Origin: Lytechinus pictus
Taxonomy: Eukaryota
Direction of reading: 5' to 3'
Length of the DNA stretch: 64,000 nucleotides
NCBI RefSeq assembly: GCF_037042905.1
Contig: NC_087251.1
Coordinates: forward strand, 19,532,001-19,596,000
The notes under the pieces are model-generated. The model searched no databases. It was not told where the DNA came from and worked only from the letters and a program-made list of their open reading frames with translations. Made by a program: the position numbers and the translations under genes. Positions 50,325-64,000 of this stretch are shown piece by piece; the first letter of the stretch is position 1; each line of letters starts with the position of its first letter.

Positions 50325-52848
50325 CCTATATATTTTGCACGTGTTTATCAAGACTTACTAATTTTGCTCGTGTAAATTAGAATTGCCAAATTTCAATTCA
50401 CATCCCATAAATTATTTTCTGATTTTTCCGAAACTGATTTGCATATTGACTTGTATTTAAAACTTGTTCATATACGAAAGGGTGTAGATTCCTTTCATTG
50501 TTGTAAAATTTTGAAAGACGATGTAATTGAGCCGAGCTCCCCTCAATACAATCCGAACCACGAAGTAGCAGTGCGCTGGCGATTATTTACCAAATAATCA
50601 GAGTCTTATGATGCGATGGTAGATTAGGGTCCTCAAATCCGGTAAACGAAGTCGTTCATTATTTCTAATTAGCCTGCATTGTGATAATTGATATTGAATG
50701 TGAATAGAGACTCTACCCCAAAAGGACACCGTATAGAGAGCTCACTGTCCGGAAAATTCTCGTTCAACGAATCAAACCGTTTCCAACTCCTTCAAGCACT
50801 GGGTTGCATTGTCATATACCCTATCCTACCCCAACTCCTAAAGATCCTTTTAATTTCGATTGACCACAACAGTTAAGATAGATTCTTCCCATTCAAACCT
50901 TGGCCGCAAACCTTAAGGTGTTAACGAGGATCGTTAGTAGGGGGTATTGTATAAGTGGGGCAAAATCCCACCCATATCACTACTCAGTCCACTTATCTCG
51001 CTACAAAATCAATCCTCATTCGATTGTTTGTTAGTCAACAAAAGCCTCTTGAAAGAGGATAATTCTTTACCTCATTCTATAGGAAGGCGGTAATAAAAGG
51101 TGATGGGCAGAGTGAATGGAAATCTATACCCCAAGCCCGTTTTGAAAAGACAACTTGACTTTCTTAACGTACAAATGGGTTCTAGGGAAAGCTTTTATAC
51201 TAAACTCTTGCACTTTTATTAAATTAGTGACTTATGTAGTGCCACAATACAAAATTCAAAGCATAAATAATATCTTGTGAATAATCTTTTTAGATACATA
51301 CAGCTAATTTGGTAACAGGTTCAGAGAAATGCGGTATTGGTTAACGTACATCCCTTATTACCATTGACAAAATCTATAACAGTTTAAGTTTCGATTTATA
51401 TCTTCTGCTTTGAAGAACATACCCACCCCTCTCTATGTTTTTATTTATGTCCTGAGTAATATGCACTACCAAAATACATATTTGGTAGGGCAATGGAAAA
51501 CAAGCAGAAGGTCTATCCATGTACGTTCTTAAAGAATGAGTTGCCCTCAACTTGAATTCATGACATAATTCAAATACTGCGAGTATGAGGACGTATAAAA
51601 TATGTGTTCAGTTGTACAACTAGTGATAACAAGAGAAATAGTAATACAACAAAAGGTACTCCACCGTTTGGGGTTTATTCGTCCCATCTGCATTATTTTA
51701 ATTCATAGCCATATACCTTTGCAATAAAGATTACCGAAATCCATTTGTCTTATTCTTTGTTTCATGCTATTCGAATAACATAGTTCAAGTTATGAATTGA
51801 GTAGTAAAACAAAGCATTATTGCGATTGAATCTTTCTTCAAAGGTTACATGGTAAACGATGTACTAAAGTGGCAATTAGTGGCATTTTCTTATGCCACAA
51901 ATAGTAAACATTATAGTGGGCACACATCGTTAAAACTTATTAAAGCCCCCCCCCCCCCGAAAGTGCCCTCAGCTATCATGGCTATACCGTAGCAGCAGGG
52001 AGCTGTGCACGCTGCCTTTCCATTGTATTTAACGCTGAGTACTAATCCGACTTGATGACATCTCGTTTTAAAAAGACAATAATACCTGAGCCTCTTAGCT
52101 TAGAATGGGTAGTAATCAGCCCCTATTGTAAGCTTGTCAAGTCCATTGTGCTACCTCTCTTCCTCATTTAGGGTGATCCGAAAACAAGCCCTCCCCTCTT
52201 CCATCAAACCATCAAATCGTCCTACACCAACCCCCTCCTATTCTCTACCTCTAAATAGTATTCACAAACCCTTGTTATTCAACGGTCAAATAAGAGAAAG
52301 TGTTAAGGATTGAAAAAAGAATGGACGAAAGTGGTTAGAGTGTTTTCTGAGAATGTCAAAAACAAGAAAGAATAAAAAGATATTACTGGGTGTCATTGCA
52401 CTGGGCCAATATTTGCTCACAAGAGGCACTGATGGCTATTCTGACACACTGCAAAACATTTACATTTCGTCTTTATTTTCTGTTATAGAGTTCATTGCAC
52501 CTTGCCAATTCTCATGTCGGCAGTTAAAATACGGAAGAAGCGAAGGTTTAAAGCTTAATCAAAAATTTAAACGAAAAAATCAACATATTAAAAGATATAT
52601 AGCTGGAAGTAAATGCCATGATTTTAATTAATATAATTTATGTCTACTTTGAACGAATTTCATGTAACGTTTACCAACTTTGCTAAAAAATAGGGGTCGG
52701 AATCAATGTAATTTTCAATTTGATGATTTACCACTTTTTCATCAATAATTTGACAATTCATATTGTGTGTAGAATTTTGACACATTTGTTCTGCTATAAT
52801 TTGTGATTCACAATCGAACACTTCCATCATCTCGCCCTCTCTCTCTCC

Positions 52849-53080
<232 letters not shown>

Positions 53081-56000
53081 CATTTTTTTTTACCCTTTTC
53101 CTCTCCCTTTCCCTCACCACACCACTTTCTCTTGTATAAATTTATCACGTTTATAATAATTTTGGGGTATCCCCCAAAATAGTTATATTTGCTTTAATAT
53201 GAGCAAACGAAAGACTCTCTCAGCATGTTTATCATGGATATTGATAATTTAATTTGCTGTTTCCTGTCAACGTAGATGAATACATTTTAAATACTTTCAC
53301 TTACTACACTATTACATGTCAAAGATTCAAGGGAACAAACTATTTATAAACAAAAGTGTTTCAACAAATGCGAATTCGGCGAAGAGAATGATTGACGTGT
53401 AATGTTAAGTTAATGATCACCATGAATGATCACCAATGATCGCCTGATCTTCAAAACATCGACGGAAAGCGATTGTGTTGAATTAAGATAAAGCAAAAAG
53501 AAGTGAGAACATTTAAATATAGCCAGTGTCAGGGAAATAAACAAGAATCTATCTTGACAGACGATCGTCATTTTAAATCCCCTTCCTTTAAATTTCCTTC
53601 TTTTCTTAAGCGAGCCATTTTGCGCCAGACGTTTCATGTAAGTATCGCTCTCATCGGGGGAACGCCATAAGTGAAAGATGGCCACAAGTCTCATCACAAA
53701 GTCTAGATCTTAGACAGGTGGTTCAATAAAGACCCTCTAATAGCACCGTCTTGGCAATTTACACCTCAATCCTACGGGGAAGGTCGTCGTACGGGATGGA
53801 CATGGGTGAGCACAGGGGTACATGCTTGCCCCCCCCCCTCTTCTTAACTGATGGCAGACCAACCCATTATAGCATTTGTTTACTTTCTATTAATATGAGT
53901 GACAATTGTGATAATTGTATGAGCTCTATTACCAGGTCTGTCGATTTGAGGACCACTGCTTCCGTTATTCGACAGCTATCACTATTTAAACGTGCAAAAC
54001 AAAATTAATTAGTTAATACTATATTGCCAAACGGAATTTAGATAATTATTGTGATCTATTAAGTTGTTTCATAATTCGAATTAAGCATCGATCACATTAG
54101 AAAAGGGATGAGAAACTATGAATTACTAATGGTATCTAAGAAATTTCTTGTTATATAGAGCAATTTTTATGAAAACTATCGCATATCAAAGTCTTATACT
54201 TTAAACGAGGATTATGATATATGATTAACGAAGCTGAAATATACGTCTGTAGTATTTATAATCTCAACGATTGTCATAAGTGCTTTCATACGGTAATGTC
54301 GCCATGACAATGAGTAACATGCATGACTTTATAAAAATCTCTTAAAATCTCTTAAAAAGATCTAAGATTGTGCATTTTTACACTTCAACCACAATAAAAG
54401 CGATTTAAGTATTTTTGTCTTAATTGCTTCTCACATTGGCCATTATCAAAGTATTCTGAATACTAAGCACATCATGAATAAACCAATTCACAGAATAAAG
54501 ACATAAACTATTTAATTATTCAAGAACATCTAATTGCTTACTGCATTTGTGTATATACTGTTTATATGAGGAATATTATGCATCATTACTTATTTCTTCA
54601 TTTTTACTTACTATCCCTGCAGAGATATTTCAATACCTACTTGCAGATCGTGGTATATTTATTTTATTAATTTACCCCCCCCCCCACCATCATTGACCAA
54701 GATATACCCGCTGCTCTGCTCATCACACCAAATAAATACTTGTACAAATGAGCTCATCTTTTGTGGGAGGGGTTCTTTTGACAGAGACTGTCTTTTATAA
54801 TCCACTGTCATTTAGAAAGAAATGACTCGAGGCCTGCATGACGTAGTAGAATAAAAACCTGACAATTTATCGAAGAGAAGAGAAATAATGAGAAAGGGAT
54901 AAAAGGAGTAAGGATCGTTGATAATGATTGGTAATTAGAGAGATAGTATGACGTGCATATCTTCAGGCTGGGCTTGTCCAGTTGTAATTACGTTTATGAT
55001 AGTGAGATGAAGGGAAGTCTGTCTACTGAGAGGGAAAGGTGGTCAATCAGAGGAAGAAATAGCTAGAGTAGGGGAGAGAGAGAGGGAGGAGGAGGGGAGG
55101 CAGAAGGACGGGGATCGAACGAAACTTGGAGATGCTTATTATCTCTTATATAAATTGAGCTTATATAATCAAGTTTAATCATTTATCCAATATGATTTAC
55201 ACTCGGTTAATGTTTAAAACATTTTAAATCATTTATAAATGACCTATATACTAGGCAAACTGTAATGTACTTTGCACATATAGCATTTTGGCATCGCGAT
55301 TCCACTAATTTTCTCGATCTCCATGATTTCGAAGGAATATCATGAAAAATAAAAAAGGACAAAAATCACTTAGACAAATTGATAGAAACGTATTACGTTA
55401 AATATCGTGTAAACATACAAAACGAAATATTACTCCGATATGACTTCCGCTGCAATTCTAAGCCCATAGCCTGAAGGGTGAGGGTTAGTATACAAAACAT
55501 GTAGTCAACGGCAACGCGATGAAATATGGCGCCTCTGTAACCTGCATGCCACAAGTGACCGAAAGAAAAAAAATCATACACACCGCCCGCTCACAAAATA
55601 GGAGCAATTATGTCAAATCATATTTCCCAAAGTAGGAGTTGAAGTGTCGAAAATTGTTAGGCTTAATAGGGCAGAGAAGATTCAATTTTGAGGAGGAGGA
55701 ATTGAGTGTGGTAATGCACAATGAGGTCTCATCTTTCTAATTGCACACCGCTGCTGGATAGATAGAAAAGGCATGGAGTCACACAGATTTTATTTGATTT
55801 CGCTCTATTTCTTTCTTCGTTTTCCCCTCCCTTATCCGCGAAGAAAACATGGGGGCAAATTAATGAGACGCGGTATCATGCTTCTCGGGTGACATGGTTT
55901 TATTGGTTGGCGAAGAACTTGTCGGTTTTAATGTGAAATTAGATTCACTTTGACTCCTGTGTAACCTGTATCATGATACCTGCACGAGGAATTGTCATAA

Positions 56001-58079
56001 TACATTGACTTCTTTTGGCGAATGTGCCGCCTTCTCTCTCAAGTAAATACATGTATAAACGCTGAAATAGGAATTAAATCAATTCATGAATAACGAAGGT
56101 TGTGGGGGAAATATCCGGTTAGCAGACCTGAAGATATTGAAGAAAAAACAGATTGGAATTGTGTTATCGAAAATTTATGAACTCTTCTTCAAATATATCT
56201 ATAAATCATGGACATCTATTTTACAACTGGAAGTTAAATAACGGAAATCTGTTTATAAACTGTATTCCTTTTGAATCGACTCATTTGTGCCATTATTGTG
56301 TTTTATATTTTTTTTCCAGAACTCATTGATATTTTCAACATGAAATACCAATAACACACCTTTTTTTCAAAAATTATGATTTTAATGCTACAAAAATATT
56401 ATACCCGAATAATCGTCCTCCTTCAACCATGAATATATACTTGGAATATATTAATTATCCATTTTTAAGTTATGACTAGAGTAGGCCCTAATATAATCTT
56501 GACAAACAACAATCACATAGATTTGCTCAAGGTTGTTATCATTTTAGCATGTATTGTTTTGGCGTTTTGTTCAACCAATGATGACTCTGAACGACCCCTT
56601 ATTAATGATGGCGGTGAAATCTAGTACACGAGGGATACAATGTTTGACTTCATTTCTACTTAATGAGTTTACTCAGTGATAAAGATAGCCCATGCAATTG
56701 AATTACATCCCTTTCAACTCAGTCATTGCTCATTGCGCTAAGTAACTCGGCGGGATTAAATAGTAGTGTAAACAAATGAAACATGGAAACGCTTTAAAGG
56801 CTATTTAGGTAAGGTAATAATGATAATACAAACCGTGACTACCTTTTATTTTAGCGTGGGAAATGTCAGCAAGAAATTGGTGCAGAATGTTTTCAGCATG
56901 TTAGTTGATAAACATAGGTATTTGAGTCTGATTACTATATAATACATACGCATACATTCTGCATGTTTATTGTTAAGATATGGGTGTGGTTTACACATAT
57001 TAATGGCGGATTTAGAGATAGCGAATTGATAGATGTATGAAAGGCTGAGTCCGAGATTTTTTTTTCTTCTGAAATGTATATATATCCCATGTGAGATAAG
57101 TCCACCCTTTAATTAAAAAAAATAGTTTCGATATTTTTTAATAATTGAATAGTACTTCAATTATGGATATGCATTAGAGGGATACAGGTAGTGGTCAGGA
57201 GAACAGGGGATATTTAAGGCATATCCCCTTCTCGATTTTTTTTTTGGGGGGGGAGGGTAGGACTGGCGGGTCGTTCCCACTCGAACTTTAGAGTTTAGAT
57301 TCTAATGTCCATTTTCGCAAGTTTTAGCCAAAATGCCAAATTTTGAGGAATCACTAAATAATTTCGTAGAAAAATTACTTTAATGGGAAATTTATTGCCC
57401 CTTTTTCATTTTTTTCAGCTTGCTCCCTTTGCTCACTCTCACAACATTAATCATCCTACTTTGACATCTCAAAACAGATTTGAGTTGGTGAAATATGGCA
57501 CTCATAACATAAAATTGCCAATCCTTCGTGTTATTCCGTAGGCATATAGGAATCGGGTTTTCATGACTAAAACTCATGATTTATAGTTTGCAAGCGATCC
57601 ACTTCGTAGAACATTGCAGCCCTTGGGTAATTACTAAATTAAGCAATATATTTTCTCTTCCAAATAATTTGATTCTTAGTACTACCCACTTTATTCAGAT
57701 CTATAGTAAAGTGTCTGGATATCCTATAACAAGGACCAATTCAAAGTGCTTGAATTCATAATGGACACCCCCACAGAATGCGACGAGGTAAATATCTTTT
57801 TTATTTGTTCCCTCTCCAAATAGCGAAATATTCAATTTGATGGTTTGTGTGAAATTCCAGCTGCAATCAACGCACAATATAAACTCATATTATCGAATGA
57901 CTTGTCGTCATTATGTTCAGATATTCTGTCATGTTCTCGACATTCTGACATCTCTCTCAATCTCCCTTTCTCTCTCCGTCTCATAAGACGGCTACCGTTG
58001 AGAAACTTCAAACTACTCCTTTCATTCCGATGCCGTATTTACCTTCCTTTTGATAGTCCTATGTGGACAGCATTTTTCA

Positions 58080-64000
<5,921 letters not shown>

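Noticed and set aside
52085..52160. tRNA-derived SINE or tRNA
   Set aside because: Only a vague A-box-like 'tagcttagaatgg', with no B box or cloverleaf.

Overview
AT-rich, repeat-rich eukaryotic DNA, most likely from a sea urchin (inferred from the Six3 N-terminus style and the repeat landscape; not provable here). The only real protein-coding sequence is exon 1 of a Six3/6-class homeobox gene (59192-59958, +; SIX domain plus homeodomain), followed by an intron that appears to run out of the window. The ~59 kb upstream is a gene desert of CpG/TAAT-rich candidate enhancer blocks, microsatellites and many non-autonomous DNA transposons and retroelement fragments. Most notable: (i) an inverted pair of Penelope-like GIY-YIG 3' ends carrying minimal hammerhead-ribozyme motifs, with a Harbinger-type MITE inserted exactly at the apex; (ii) a ~115-bp-period array in which only a GCGC-GAA-GCGC mini-hairpin motif is well conserved; (iii) a (TAC)n microsatellite hosting three unrelated fold-back MITE families, including a duplicated near-perfect 114-bp hairpin; (iv) a fold-back element nested in a pogo-like MITE; (v) an orphan housekeeping-type promoter motif cluster and a palindromic Six-type site upstream of six3. 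All calls were made by eye, with no database searches.
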